From Neoconidiobolus thromboides FSU 785 (lineage: Eukaryota > Fungi > Entomophthoromycota), in the NCBI GenBank assembly GCA_025603075.1, contig MU626341.1:25153-89152 (forward strand): a stretch of DNA of 64,000 nucleotides, in the 5' to 3' direction. The position numbers and the translations under genes are program-made. Position 1 is the first letter of the stretch; each line of letters begins with the position of its first letter. The notes beneath the pieces were generated by a model that saw only the letters and a list, made by a program, of their open reading frames with translations, did not search any database and was not told the origin of the DNA. Positions 13,050 through 25,896 of the stretch are shown here, piece after piece.

Positions 13050-14039
13050 TTAAGATGAAGACTTGTAACTAAATCCACGATCTTTCTTTTTAAATTTTTC
13101 CACAATAGAATCAAACATTAATTTTAAATCCATATAAATACCATCATGTAAAACCATTAACATCATTGGGTTGACCACAGTAAAAAGCATTACAGTAACT
13201 GCTACTATGGAATCTTCAAGGCTACTTCTTAAGTGTGTCAATACTTGCTCCCTAACACTAATCACTAAATAAGGTACCATACACAAGTTATAAAGTAACA
13301 ACATGATACCTGTTTTGATATACGTACTACGCTTCTGCTTTCTTACACTTGCATTTAATGTATAAAATGAGCCGTTTATTTCACTATCCCCATTATCTTC
13401 AAGCAAATGGATAAATCGTTTAGCTAATAAAGGATAGCAAAAATTTACCAAAAATAAGCAAACAAAACTAAACAGTATGATATAGCATGCAGTAAATCTT
13501 GTTAAAACAACAACAGAAATGGTGTTAGGAAAATAGTACCTTTGGAACGGCATAAGTATAAAGTCCGTATTAACGAAGACGCCTATCAATAATAATATAT
13601 GAACAAATTGAAGAAATATAAATACAGCAACCCATATCCTTATCTTTAGGTCCTTTTTTAGATATAGAGCCCAATACCTTAGCAAAGCCAAATATCCGAC
13701 ACAACTTATTGAAAATAGTACAAAGAACACTTCAATGAGGCCATCATATTGGCCATAATATACATTTAAAAATATTTTTTCAATCCCTAACATATTAAAC
13801 GCTATCAATTGACAAAGTTTATAGCTGACAAATATAGCATCTCCAATCGATAAAAAACTGGCTATCCACATATCAAACGTTATGAATCCTTGTCTTTTCA
13901 CTAGATAGAAAGTGAATAAGTTAAAAAGGATAGATAAAGCTTCAAGTGCAATAGTCAAGTTGCCGCTAAATGCACGTTCGGAAGTAAAACTAGCGACTGG
14001 CTGCAAGGACAACTTGTCCATATATAATGTTGAATTCAT
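13050..14039 (-). CDS. Class A-like 7TM receptor paralog 2
   Basis: 329 aa; same motifs as paralog 1 (LFNLFT, LSIGD, ALLRYW, RIWVA, YNLCMVP, VVNPM). Confidence 0.85.
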   Translation of the reverse strand: MNSTLYMDKLSLQPVASFTSERAFSGNLTIALEALSILFNLFTFYLVKRQGFITFDMWIASFLSIGDAIFVSYKLCQLIAFNMLGIEKIFLNVYYGQYDGLIEVFFVLFSISCVGYLALLRYWALYLKKDLKIRIWVAVFIFLQFVHILLLIGVFVNTDFILMPFQRYYFPNTISVVVLTRFTACYIILFSFVCLFLVNFCYPLLAKRFIHLLEDNGDSEINGSFYTLNASVRKQKRSTYIKTGIMLLLYNLCMVPYLVISVREQVLTHLRSSLEDSIVAVTVMLFTVVNPMMLMVLHDGIYMDLKLMFDSIVEKFKKKDRGFSYKSSS

Positions 14040-14598
14040 GGTAAATCAAGTAATGAAATTAAATTGGGATAGACTTCATCTCTTATTAATTTATACCTTT
14101 TAATTAGTTATCTAAAACTAGTTTCTCCCTATGATCAGAAATTAGCGGGTTTGTTTACTTTTGGTTTATTATTTTTTTATTGCAAAGTATAAAATGATTC
14201 AATTATTTTTGGATTTAAGGAAATTTCAACCAATTAATTTTAACCAAAAATAAAGTTAAGAATTGTTTAAGAAAGAAGAATTAAACAAGGTTTTTCATTA
14301 AATATAAGTTGTCTTATGCAACCCATATTTTTTATAAATCAACCTTATTTAGTGTGTTAGTGACCATAAATAATTGTATTTCTATTATATAGCAGTAAAT
14401 ACAACTTATGATACTAAAATAGTATAGGCATCCAACTACTTCTATTCCGCTTTATAATTTTTCTACTTTAAAGTAACAATCTATTTATTGATGGTTGATT
14501 TGAGATGAGCGGCTAACTTGTATCTAAGCCTTATTTTTAAACTTTGTTGATTTAACCTGAGTTATATTAGATTAAAACATGTAAATAGAACAACAATA

Positions 14599-14682
14599 GG
14601 GGATGTATTTTTTTAAGAATTTTACTAACAATCTTTTTACTCAAATAGCGCTTAAAAAAATGGAAAAGTAATGAATTCAAAG
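14599..14682 (+). mobile_element. MITE copy, right end truncated
   Basis: GGGGATGTATTTT...TACTAAC...CAAATAGCGCTTAAAAAAATGGAAAAGTAATGAA. Confidence 0.8.
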
Positions 14683-15488
14683 ATGCTTTTAGGAATATGA
14701 GGAGTGGTTATGTTGGTATTTTAAAAAATATATTAAACTGCTTATTGCTACAATTAATAGTTTGAAATTAAAGTTTAACTACAACATTAAATAACAAACA
14801 CCTGTTATATTCTTTGATTGAGTGATGATAGAACATGGTTTTGTTTGATAAGTAACTATAATTTTTTTACTAAAAATATTACTTTTATTAAAATTAGTTA
14901 AAATTTTCTTTTAATCTTATTTTTATATCTGCTTCTAATATCGTTTTATTGACTAATAAACTAAAAATTAATGTTAGTAATAGAAGTTATTAATTCTATA
15001 TATTTAAATATGTATAGTAGAATATGTGTAATTGAATGTGTACAAAATTATAAAGATATACACTTTTATAATAAACTCATTAAAGTAAAGAGATAGAAAA
15101 CAGGTGACTAAATGCTAATTAAAAAAAGAATCAATAATCCCATTTATTTATTAAAAATATAATAATACGACAATTTTTTTTGCACTTTCAAAAAGTTTTT
15201 AACAAGTTTTAATCAGGTCAAAATAACAATTTTATAAAACAGTCTTAATTTTATAACTAAAAACAACTCAAAGCTAAAATCACTGTACTATATTTTCAAA
15301 AATTATATATTTTTTTCTAATTATTATTATCATTTTTAAAGGAGCTAAGTATAACTTAAAAAAAAGTATGCTACTAAAAGTTAAGCTATTTATATTATAT
15401 AAGCAAACACTCCTTATATTTTATTTATTTATCCCATTATCCATTATCAGGTTCTGAATTGGAGGGATTGAACTATGGTCTCAGAAAA

Positions 15489-15683
15489 TGTAACTAGGAT
15501 TTGATTAACTAGACTATAGTTATGACTATGAAGGACATAGTGAATAAATATTTGTATAGCAGTGAGAGCGGTATAGCATTCTAGAGACTTGAGGAGGACA
15601 GTCTTCCTGAAAACATACAATATATAGTATTGACGTATATTATTTGGTATATAAAAGACTCAGAAAGGAAATTTAATAAAACA
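15489..15683 (+). mobile_element. Possible short solo-LTR relic
   Basis: TGTAAC start, TATATAAAAG box, AATAAA then ACA end; no TSD and no second copy in the window. Confidence 0.3.
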
Positions 15684-16319
15684 TTCAAAGTCTCAATGAT
15701 CCATATTCAAAAATGATAATTTTATAGCTGAATTATAGTTTATAATTCAGTGTTTAAGCACTAATGATTTTCAGATTTGAAGTTTAAGGAACATAGGAAA
15801 GGGGTATTCTTAAGGAAATCAGGATAAGGAGAAAGTAAGGATAGAACATATGACAAAAGAGATTCTAACTCAACATTTTAGTGAATGTTAGAGCGATTCA
15901 TGATACTCATTTAATTAAATTTTACCAATTTATTTTTTGCTAAATAACACATTGCTAATCTTTGAAAATTCCTATTCATAAAAAATAATAATTTAGCTTT
16001 AAATTATATTCTAATGACAATAGCTATTATACATGCTGATATATTGAGGTACTAAATAATTCTAAGTTGCTAATAATTTAAATCTAATATATCAATTTTT
16101 ACCAATTAGTTTATAACACAATAATGCTACTACCAAAGTTATAATTTTATAATATAAAAAACCTGATTTTTAAAAAACCAGCTTATTAGCTAAGTATTCA
16201 CTATCCTAAATTGATTGTCAAAGTTAGCTGAGGTACTCCAAATAAGTACAAAATAACAAAAGTAGAGATATACACATTGAATAATTAGAACAAATGGTAT
16301 AAATACTACTTAACGTTAA

Positions 16320-17318
16320 ATGGTATACAAATTCTTTTTTTTCGTCATGGACTCGAGTGAATACATGAAACATTTAGTCATCCAACCTGTGGATAAGGAG
16401 GATTTGAACCGGATCATAAGCGGCTATATAATAATAAGTATTGAAATTTTAGCCTTTTTATTCAATGCTTTGACCTTTTATCTGATCAAAAAACAGGGGT
16501 TTAAAACTTTAGATATGTGGATAGCAAGTTGTTTAGCATTTGGTGATATCTTATTTGTAGCTTATAAACTGGCCCAATTAGTGGTATTTAGAGTTTTAGG
16601 TGTTGATAGTGTTTATTTAAACATTGAGTATGGCCAAGTGGATGGTTGCTTTGAAGTTTTTATGATGCTGTTTTCAGCCAATTGTGTTGGTGCGTTGGCT
16701 CTATTAAGATTTTGGGCACTGTATCTTAAAAGGCCAATCGTCAATGGTTATTGGATAACTATCTTTGTTCTTCAAAACATGATTTGTTTAACATTGCTTC
16801 TAATAGCTGCAGTAAAAAAAGAGTTTATCTTAATGCCATTACAACGATACTATTTTCTTAATACAGTATCCAACGTACTCTCAACAAGAATAGGAGCTTG
16901 GTTTATTATTATAACTAATATCTTTAATTTCATTATTGTAAACGTGTGTTATCCACTACTATATTATAATTTTAGTAATCGAATGGAAACCATAGATCAG
17001 GAGCGGGAGATTATTTTTGATAGCATTAAAACACGCTACAATAAGAAAAAACGGAGTATTTTAATCAAAACCTCAATCACGTTGTTACTATATAATACTT
17101 GCTTATTACCTATTTTAATTATCAGTATACGAGAACAGTTAAATGGATTCATAAAGTCATATAACCAAGATGTTATAGTTTCTTCCACTGTTATGCTTTT
17201 ATGCTTTGTAAATCCATTAATTTTATTAATCCTTCATGATGATATCAATAGGTCTTTAAAAGATATTTTGAAAGCAGTAGTAAGATTTATTAAGGGAGCA
17301 TTCAAGAGATGTCGGTAA
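16320..17318 (+). CDS. Class A-like 7TM receptor paralog 3 (true start may be ATG at 16347)
   Basis: 332 aa; LFNALT, LAFGD, ALLRFW, GYWIT, YNTCLLP, FVNPL; closest to paralog 2. Confidence 0.85.
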   Translation: MVYKFFFFVMDSSEYMKHLVIQPVDKEDLNRIISGYIIISIEILAFLFNALTFYLIKKQGFKTLDMWIASCLAFGDILFVAYKLAQLVVFRVLGVDSVYLNIEYGQVDGCFEVFMMLFSANCVGALALLRFWALYLKRPIVNGYWITIFVLQNMICLTLLLIAAVKKEFILMPLQRYYFLNTVSNVLSTRIGAWFIIITNIFNFIIVNVCYPLLYYNFSNRMETIDQEREIIFDSIKTRYNKKKRSILIKTSITLLLYNTCLLPILIISIREQLNGFIKSYNQDVIVSSTVMLLCFVNPLILLILHDDINRSLKDILKAVVRFIKGAFKRCR

Positions 17319-17773
17319 AAACAATGATTCCTCAGAATCCAAGGATATTTTATTAATCTTAGGGAAATATTAAGTTAAAAAGGTAAATATACCTCCAGAA
17401 CAGTGTGTAATTAAGATACTTTTGTAAAGTCTTTTAAACAATGTTATATATTCGAAATATTTATTTATATTCGTTAAATAAATAGTGGCTATAAGTTTTT
17501 TTTGTCAATAGATTCATTGAAATACGATAGTTTTAATTATTTTTATCTTATATAATAAAATAGTAATACTTTGATTAACTTAAATATTATACCGTTTTTA
17601 TTAGTAAAGCTAATAATAGTAGTCACGCTTTTCAAATGTATAATTCTTTTGGATGAAATACTGTAAAGTACTAAAAAACATTGATTATGGTACAGCTTCT
17701 ACTACTCTAAAACTGAAAAAAGAGACTGTGTATCCAAGTAATTGAATTCTTGTATATATAAAAAACAATATAT

Positions 17774-17872
17774 AGGTATATATTTTTGTATTTAAGAATT
17801 TTACTAACAGTTTTTCCACTTAAATAGTGCTTAAAAGATAGAAAAAGTGATGAAGCCAAAAAAAACATCCCC
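17774..17872 (+). mobile_element. MITE copy
   Basis: Full-length; flanks ATAT/ATGT. Confidence 0.85.
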
Positions 17873-18241
17873 ATGTCATTTTAATTTTTAAAAAGCTTGC
17901 TGTATATAAACCACCTTTAGTTAAATAGTTTCTAAAACTCTTAATATTAAAAATACTTTTTTATTAAATTTCAAATAAATTTAATATTATTGGAAATAAT
18001 TTTTCTTTTTTTAGGAGGTTTAAAATCTTCAAGACCTTTACTTGTTAAAATAATATAATCGTTTTCAATTATTAATTCTTCTATATAAATACTTGTAAAA
18101 AAATCACTTTCAATCATACGAGTCGATATCTGAAATTTCAGGTATTTAATTGTAAAATATTAAACTACAAACTTCATAGCAAAAGATAAAAATGTTGGTA
18201 ATAAGCTACAATTGGCATTAACATTTACTAAAATAGTATAA

Positions 18242-19146
18242 TTAAACTAATTTCTTAGTGACAAAGAAGCGGCGAAGATGGGTAACTTGCCAATAGCAGA
18301 CACCAACCATAACAGCGATTTGAAGGATAATCCAATAAGTAAGTTTAGAGTTAATGGATTCGGATAAACTTAAGAATTGGTGTTCTTTTTCCTATTCAAA
18401 ACTTTAGCAACTTTTTAAATAAACTTAAAACAATATTACTCTTTGGTATTCTTGCTCATAAAGGATATCATGTAACCAAGAGTTGACTACATGAATACGG
18501 TCCTGAAGTTCTATATCAAATATTAACATTTTAAATTATAAAGTTATTCGTTCTTTACTTGTAACTTTATCTGGCATATATTTCTCATCAATAGCATCAG
18601 ATCCAATAAAAAGATTTAAAGAGAATTTCTAAAAAACTATTAGATAAAAACAAAATACAAGAAACTATAAATTACTATCTTATAATTATGGAACCAACCA
18701 CCGTCTGGGTTACCAACGGCAATACACAATCTATGTTCGCCATATTCATGGGTAGTGAAAGTGAATTGTCCGCTAGTTTTTAATTTTTGAGTTACTACTA
18801 AGTTACCAGTGTTTTTTTCCTACTTGAATTAATCATGCATTTATTGCTTTTATGAATAAAACTTACAATAACATCAATTGAAACAGTGTATTTTTGGCTT
18901 TCTTGATAAGTTTGACTCTCTTCTATATACCCTTCGGCTTTGAATTTTCCTAATCAATTAGTCTTAAATTTACATTTTTCCGCTTTGTTTATTATTATTA
19001 CCAACTACGACGGTATCATTTGGCAAGTCTTCAATAAAACATTTAGTTTCGGATCCGTTTAAATAAAAGTGAATGGAGTTGACTCCTGTTAAAAATAGTC
19101 CACAGGATAAAGCGGCAATCGAAGTTAAATACTTGCTAAACTTCAT
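18242..19146 (-). CDS. p24/emp24/gp25L family cargo receptor (p24-alpha, ERP1-like), multi-exon, absent from the ORF track
   Basis: Spliced translation MKFSKYLTSIAALSCGLFLTGVNSIHFYLNGSETKCFIEDLPNDTVVVG...GQFTFTTHEYAEHRLC...YWQVTHLRRFFVTKKLV*; GOLD domain, TM segment and FF..KKLV tail. Confidence 0.9.
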
Positions 19147-19311
19147 TTTAATTTTAAAAAAGTTGGTAACTTAAATTTGTTCATTCTACATTATAAATTT
19201 AACTTAAGGATGGTGGCAATTTTGATTGGTGCAATTGGCTGGATTAAATTATAAGCATCCCATAAAGTTCTATCAAAATCAAAATCAAAGCCATTTTTTT
19301 AATAAATTACA

Positions 19312-19743
19312 ATGAGCAACAAGATAAGCAAATTAAAATTAATAGTTCCAGCAGGTAAAGCTTCACCCTCACCACCAGTAGGGCCTGCATTAGGTCAAAG
19401 GGGTATAAAATCAATGGACTTTTGTAAACAATTTAATGACCGAACCAAAGATTTCGAAACTGGGGTACCTATTCCAGTAGTAATTAGTGTAAAACCAGAC
19501 CGTACATTCAGTTTTATAAATAAAAGCCCACCAACATCATTTTTACTAAAAAGAGCAGCTGGAGTTGAAAAAGGGGCTTCTACCCCAGGCACTCAAGTTG
19601 TTGGCCAAGTGTCTTTGAAACATATCTATGAAATTGCCTTGATCAAACAACAAGATCCAAACCTAGCATCACTTTCATTAAGAAATATTTGTTCCGCTAT
19701 TATAGGATCTGCCAAATCTGCCGGAATCAAGGTGGTTCATTAA
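19312..19743 (+). CDS. MRPL11: Mitochondrial ribosomal protein uL11m
   Basis: [37 protein letters not shown]...[11 protein letters not shown]; intronless. Confidence 0.95.
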   Translation: MSNKISKLKLIVPAGKASPSPPVGPALGQRGIKSMDFCKQFNDRTKDFETGVPIPVVISVKPDRTFSFINKSPPTSFLLKRAAGVEKGASTPGTQVVGQVSLKHIYEIALIKQQDPNLASLSLRNICSAIIGSAKSAGIKVVH

Positions 19744-20452
19744 ATAGCTCTTTTTTTAGAATAAATAGAAGTAATTTATTAGGTTTTTTGAATTTAATTA
19801 TAAGAATCAGTTATTTTTAAAGATTAAGTAGTTTTAATAGCATTGGATACCATTTTTAAATTGAATATTAGTCGATCAACGAACTATTGAACATTTAAAA
19901 CATAAATAGATAATAAATTATTAATTTCTCAATTTGTTTGACCACTTTAGAATTACCGTTTATATATAGCTTTATTTATAATAATGAAAAGCCTGGATCA
20001 TGTATAATACTGCAGAACACAATTTATTTTAAATAAACTAGAAACACATATGACCATTAAAATTCAAATATTTAAGCTTTAAAAGCTATGACTTATAAAC
20101 AATACTATAGACTTGCTTTTTAGATTTACAATTATTAAATAATTGCTAAAATTAAGGTGAGTTTTGAATAATTAGCCAATCATTACAGAAGCTTGCCAGT
20201 TTTAAATGAAATTTAATAAAAAAATTAGTAAATAACATTAGGAAACAGCTAAATTTTAGTCTATAAACTTAAATCATTGGTTCTAATTTAGGCCAATTAA
20301 AGAGGATTGAATCAGATAACAACTTCAAACAATCTATGGGCTTTAAGTTATAATTCAATTTAGCAACATATAATTTTAAAAGTAAAAGGTAAAATATAAC
20401 AATAAATTGCAACTTAAATAGCTAATGCTTTTTATAAGATATACAAAAAAGA

Positions 20453-21353
20453 ATGGCCCAAAATATCGACCAAGCACAAAGTCCAAGTATTGCAGTAAAT
20501 AATGATACTGAAGTTTCCATTGAAAAACAAGCTCCTGTTGAAAAACAAGTCACATTCGAAAAAGAGGTCGAATCAACAAAGCAAGAAGATCAAGAAGAAG
20601 ATATAGACACAATAGAAGACCCAGTTACTATATTTAGTAACCCCAATAATTTTAATATTAAGCATCCTTTGCAAAACGCATGGAGTTTTTGGTATGATTC
20701 ACCATCAAAGAAGAAAAGTTTAGCTTCTTGGTCTCAAAATTTAAAAAAAATCATTACCGTAGATACTGTAGAGGACTTTTGGGGGTATTGTTAGTTTTTC
20801 AGCATTTTGGTTTATTTTTAATATAATTTAACTAGAGTGTTTAATAACATTAGCAAAGCTAGTGAGCTTGCCAATGGGGCCAACTACCATCTTTTCAGGG
20901 AAGGAGTCAAGCCAGAGTGGGAAGACAAGGCTAACTCACAAGGTGGAAAGTGGGTGTTTCAAGCCAAAAAAGGCAAATATGATATGGATAATTTATGGTT
21001 ATATACAGTAATTTATCTATTAAATTCATTTTAATTTTCTAAAATAAATAATATAGCTACTGGCATGTATTGGTGAAGCGTTTGATATCAATGACGAGCT
21101 AAATGGTGTAATTTTCTCAGCTCGTAGAGAGCTCTATAGAATATCGATATGGACCCGTAACTGTGATAACCAGGATTTAGTTACCGAGTTAGGGTAAGTA
21201 TAAGTAAACAAAGTAATAAATTATCACGTACTTAACATTCTTAGCCACAAATTCAAAGAGGTGTTAGGCATCAAGAGTGAGACTATCGACTATACTTCTC
21301 ATTCAGATGGTGGGCTTAAGTATGCCAATAAAAATGGAAAATATACTATTTAA
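20453..21353 (+). CDS. CDC33: Translation initiation factor eIF4E, 4 exons
   Basis: HPLQNAWSFWY, TVEDFWGVFNNI, YHLFREGVKPEWED..N..GGKW, NLWLYT, IGEAFD, RISIWTR; canonical ~50-nt introns. Confidence 0.93.
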
Positions 21354-22147
21354 TAGGAGATAGTAAATTAAAGTATGGATTAAAAAGGTTTCAATTTAAC
21401 TAAGTGTTTGTTTAGAATCGACTGTTTTTTATTATTGCATTTCCATAGCGAGACTCTTGTTTTCAGTACCCTTTTTTTCTTTTATTATCTTTTCTTCTCT
21501 TTTATAGAGCTTTTTTAATAAATTTTCAGCAAAAGTACTTGAATCAGAAACTTTTATAGATAACAATTTTGTCTTGCTTTGTAATATTACATCAAAGTTG
21601 TGTCTTTTTTCATTTACATTTTAAAAACCAAAATTAAACTATCATCTACTATAGAAACTATGCTTTAAGTTTCAACATAGTTAAAGGATAAGTTGCTGCA
21701 TAGAACTTAGAAACTTGATTTAGCAAGTGCTGTTTGATGATTATACTGACTTTACATTGAGTAATTAACACTTAAGCCATATAAGATTTGGATAAACATT
21801 GTATGGACTTGTTTCATTTGAGCCTTTATTATTTTCTTTTAATACTATTAACTAAAATGTGTAAAGAATTGAGGTCATATAATAACAGTAAATCTAATAT
21901 ACTTTCGTGTTGATAAAAAAGATAAATTAATATATTAACTTTGATTAAATGGCATAATACTAATTACATGATTTTAATATAGTAATAAATTTATGCTCGC
22001 TCTATCAATTAGAATTCATTAATATATAGCAACCATATCAATTTAAATCTATCAGCTATGTAACTATACGATATAAAGTTTGATAAAAAATAAACTTTAT
22101 TTAGGATATTTATGATCTTCTATAAACTAGGATTCTATAATGCTCTA

Positions 22148-23808
22148 TTAAGATTGATTGAGGTTGTTAGGTAACACTTTGAACAGCCTTAAGTTGGAAT
22201 CTTCACCCCCGGAAGCGAGAATATCATCATACCAATCCATAGAAAGAACTTTGTTTTCAAATACCGGATGTTCATTAGATACAGTACGTGGATCAAACTT
22301 CTTGATTTCGGTGTCTGAATGACTTAATGAAAATTGTGGGGTTCTAGATCTTAAATCCCAGATCTTTAAGCTACCATCGTAACTACTACTAGCCAAGCGG
22401 AAACTATCGCTGTTATGGAATTTTACAGAGCTAACGAAATTTAAATGGCCCGATAAAGTCAATTTTACAACATTAGATTCTAAGAAATAATTTTAAAAAA
22501 AGCTATAATATAAGTTTGACTATTACCTTTAACTCTAGGATCCCAAATTCTGATAATAGAATCAGTATGGCCAGATGCAAGTAAAGAATCACTACCAGAA
22601 GCTTGGGACAAGGAAAGGAATGGCTTTTCACAAGTTTTGGAATGAATGTTAGTAGCTGTAATGAGGTCCCATATCTTCAAAGAATGATCGAAGCCACCAC
22701 TGTACAATATGTTTGAATCTTGATTACAATATTCAAGGCATTGAACCGGACCAAAATGACCATTCAAAGTTAATTTGGAACCTTTAAAAGCCATCTCACT
22801 ATTCTTTCTTTTCTTGTTTCCACTGTTTATAACTTCTTGTACTATTACATGCTCTGGATCTTCCTCTAAACTTGCTAAAGACCATATTTGGATTGTGCTA
22901 TCACTTGAAGCAGTTGCAAACTAGATGATCATAAATATAAACACTAAATTTCTATTATTATTCCTTACGTTTTTGTTATTTGCTGATATAGATACGGATT
23001 CTATACTTTTCTTATGCCCTTTAGCAGTATAGAAGGGGGCATAATTATCTTTTTCATCTTTCTATTTATAAACTAAGTAAAATAAGATAAACGTAAAAAC
23101 TCAACTTACTTTCCAAGCAATTACTGTTTGGTCTTGAGATGCAGTTAAAAAGCTGATCTCTCCTTTAGAAAAAGTTAATAAATGGAAATAAATAGAAGAT
23201 TCCAAAATTACCATTTTCAACCCATTTCACCGATTTAATAGTAGAATTATGGCCTTTCAATGTTGCTATGCATTGGCTGCTTTTATCCCATACTCTTACT
23301 AGATTATCGTAAGATCCTGTTAAAATCAAACTAAAAAAAATAAGCAATAAAGTAAGCTAAAAACCGATTTACCCTTGAGAAGAAATATTGATAGAAGAAA
23401 CCCAATCGTCATGTTTATAATCGTTAAGTTGGCTTGGAGGTAAAGTAGATTCAATCACTTCAATTTCTAATAATGCTTCCTAAAACTATAAGTTTGGATG
23501 CCAGTTTTTAAATTATTAGCTTACGGTTGATAGGTTCTTTATTGACATGAAAGTGGACAAGCTCGACTTAATAAAGTCTCCTTGGTATAAGAATTCGAAG
23601 GGCACAGGGCGCTCTATAAATTGTTAACAAGTTAAACTGATCTCTTTTTGAAATTACCTAACGCTAGTAAATGATTTACAATCTCTGATAAACCATATCT
23701 TTTCAAGTTGGTTGGCAAAAATAATGGGGCATCGGGTAAAGGATACTTTTCATTTCTAGTAAATAGCTTTACTTGGACTTTAGAAATATTTTCCTCATTT
23801 GATGCCAT
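22148..23808 (-). CDS. YTM1: Ribosome biogenesis WD40 protein Ytm1/WDR12, multi-exon
   Basis: N-terminal NLE domain (VQVKLFT...LKRYGLSEIVNHLL), PHDDWVSSI-type repeat, several WD repeats, C-terminal SGGEDSNLR. Confidence 0.92.
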
Positions 23809-24158
23809 CTTTGCTATCTTATTATTTAGAAAAAGTTGAATTAATTTATCAAAAGATGATTTTAATTGAATTTCTATTTTTATTTTTTTGTGATTCCTAA
23901 GTTTTGGCTTGAAAATTTGGTTTTTTCGAAGAGTGTTTTTCACTATGCCATATTACAGAAAAGTTAAAATATCAGTTATACCTGAAGGTAAATGTTTTTA
24001 ATGCATATTCATGTAAGACATATAAAGTTTTTATTTTTAAAAAACATAGGGAAGTGGGAAATCAAAAAACCACCACAATAAGTAAGATCGAAGTCTGGTC
24101 TTAGAGTAAAAGCTCAAAGATAACAATAAAAAATACAACATAGCTTTATTAATAAATA

Positions 24159-24584
24159 TTAGTTTTTCTTCTTTACAACAATCTTCAAAACATTATCGTT
24201 CATTTCATAAGTAAATCCATCATAAATGTATTTGTTAGGCAACTCCATACTCCTTGAAAAAGCATTAGAGGATGAAGAAAAAGCATTACCAAATGAACTG
24301 GCCGATTGGGAGTTCATATTAGAGTTTCCAGAAACTGATAGATGATTAGCTAACAAGCTTACTTTCAGGTCATCTTTAGTAAACCCAGATACTTTTAGTG
24401 TAACTAATAGTTCGTTATCTTTATCTTCGGTTTCAAAGTTAGGTTGAAAGCCAGTGTTGAAAGAGCTAAAGCTGTCAAAATTTTGTTGAGCATCTGAAAA
24501 AGAGTTCATATTCTGTTGTATCATGTTCTTTACTTTGCCGTGAATATCAGTAGAAAATTGGTTAAAAAAGTTAGGATTTGACAT
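24159..24584 (-). CDS. Small heat-shock protein (HSP20/alpha-crystallin domain)
   Basis: ETEDKDNELLVTLKVSGFTKDDLKVSL...FSRSMELP...NDNVLKIVVKK; probable start MSNPNFF at 24584. Confidence 0.85.
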   Translation of the reverse strand: MSNPNFFNQFSTDIHGKVKNMIQQNMNSFSDAQQNFDSFSSFNTGFQPNFETEDKDNELLVTLKVSGFTKDDLKVSLLANHLSVSGNSNMNSQSASSFGNAFSSSSNAFSRSMELPNKYIYDGFTYEMNDNVLKIVVKKKN

Positions 24585-25896
24585 CTTAATTTGAAAGAGT
24601 AAAAAATTGACTCTCTTATATACTTTTCTTATCAATTCTGGTTTGGTAACACCCCCAATTCATTAAATTACCAAGCTTTAAGTTTCAAAATTCATTTTCA
24701 TAAATTTGATAAATCTGATAAATTAACTAATTTTTTCATATAAGTTGCCATTATTAAATGTAAATTCTTTTAGTTTGTTATGTTTAGATATGTTTTGAGC
24801 CAAAATTCGACCAACTTCTGCTTTAAAACATTATAAGTAGCGAATGATATTTTTACAGAATAATGTCTAGGGCAGAAAAAAGGCGCCTCTAATCAAATAA
24901 ATCAGAGTGAGTGACCCCTTTTATTAGTGAAAAACTGGTTGAGATTAGCAATAACAATTAAGGTTTTTACACCTTTAGGATTGTTAAAGTATATTAGATA
25001 AATAGTCATCTAACTCGATTTCTTTTGAAGTGCCAAGTTGCTCTATTGAGCCATAGTAATGCGAGCCATATCTGGTTATATCTTAGTTTCAACATAAACT
25101 TGTTATAGTGACTATCCAAAAACTGTAATCTTCTGTTTTGTTTTGTATTTTAAATGATCTTTTAATACTTTAAATGTAATATATCGATTTTTAAAAGGTC
25201 TAAAAACAAGCTTCAAGATAATATATATATTTCAAATTACAAACAATATATTAATACTAAAATCTTGTTTGTATTTTTAATAAGCTCTATAATACTAATG
25301 TATGAACCATGGGTTTTAATCATCATAAAAGGTAAACTATTCCTCCTCAACAAAATGGTACAATTTAGATCCTACTGAATGAAATATAAAAGACAAAACA
25401 GAACTCCTATAGATTTTTGTACTCATGGTATGGAAAGTTTTTCGGATGTTTTGATTATTGACATTTTTACATGATTTTCATTTGCTTAACATTTCATTTT
25501 CGTTAAGGATACTTTAATCTGTTAAGGGAGTATGTAAATTTTTCCTAAATTTCCAAACCTCTACATAACTTTACTGTCTTGCTTATTATATAGCTAATAT
25601 TATGGACCAATATTAAATACAATTTATCAAATCAACTAATGAAAGTAACAACAAAGACAGAAATACTTACCGTGCCTAACTGAAGGTTAATTTATATGGC
25701 TATTATAGGATCTATAAAGTTAATACATTTTCAAATATATTTATATACTTATTCTATAAATATCTGCTATCAGTATACAAATTGAATAATTTTCGAAATA
25801 TATAGTATCTAGCATATTAGACTTATTTGAATTAAAATTGAGACAACACTGGTAAAGTCAATTTTATTTTAAATAATAAAAAGCGTAGATCTAATA

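Noticed and set aside
8369-17318. Light-sensing opsins
   Set aside because: No lysine at the TM7 Schiff-base position in any of the three receptors.
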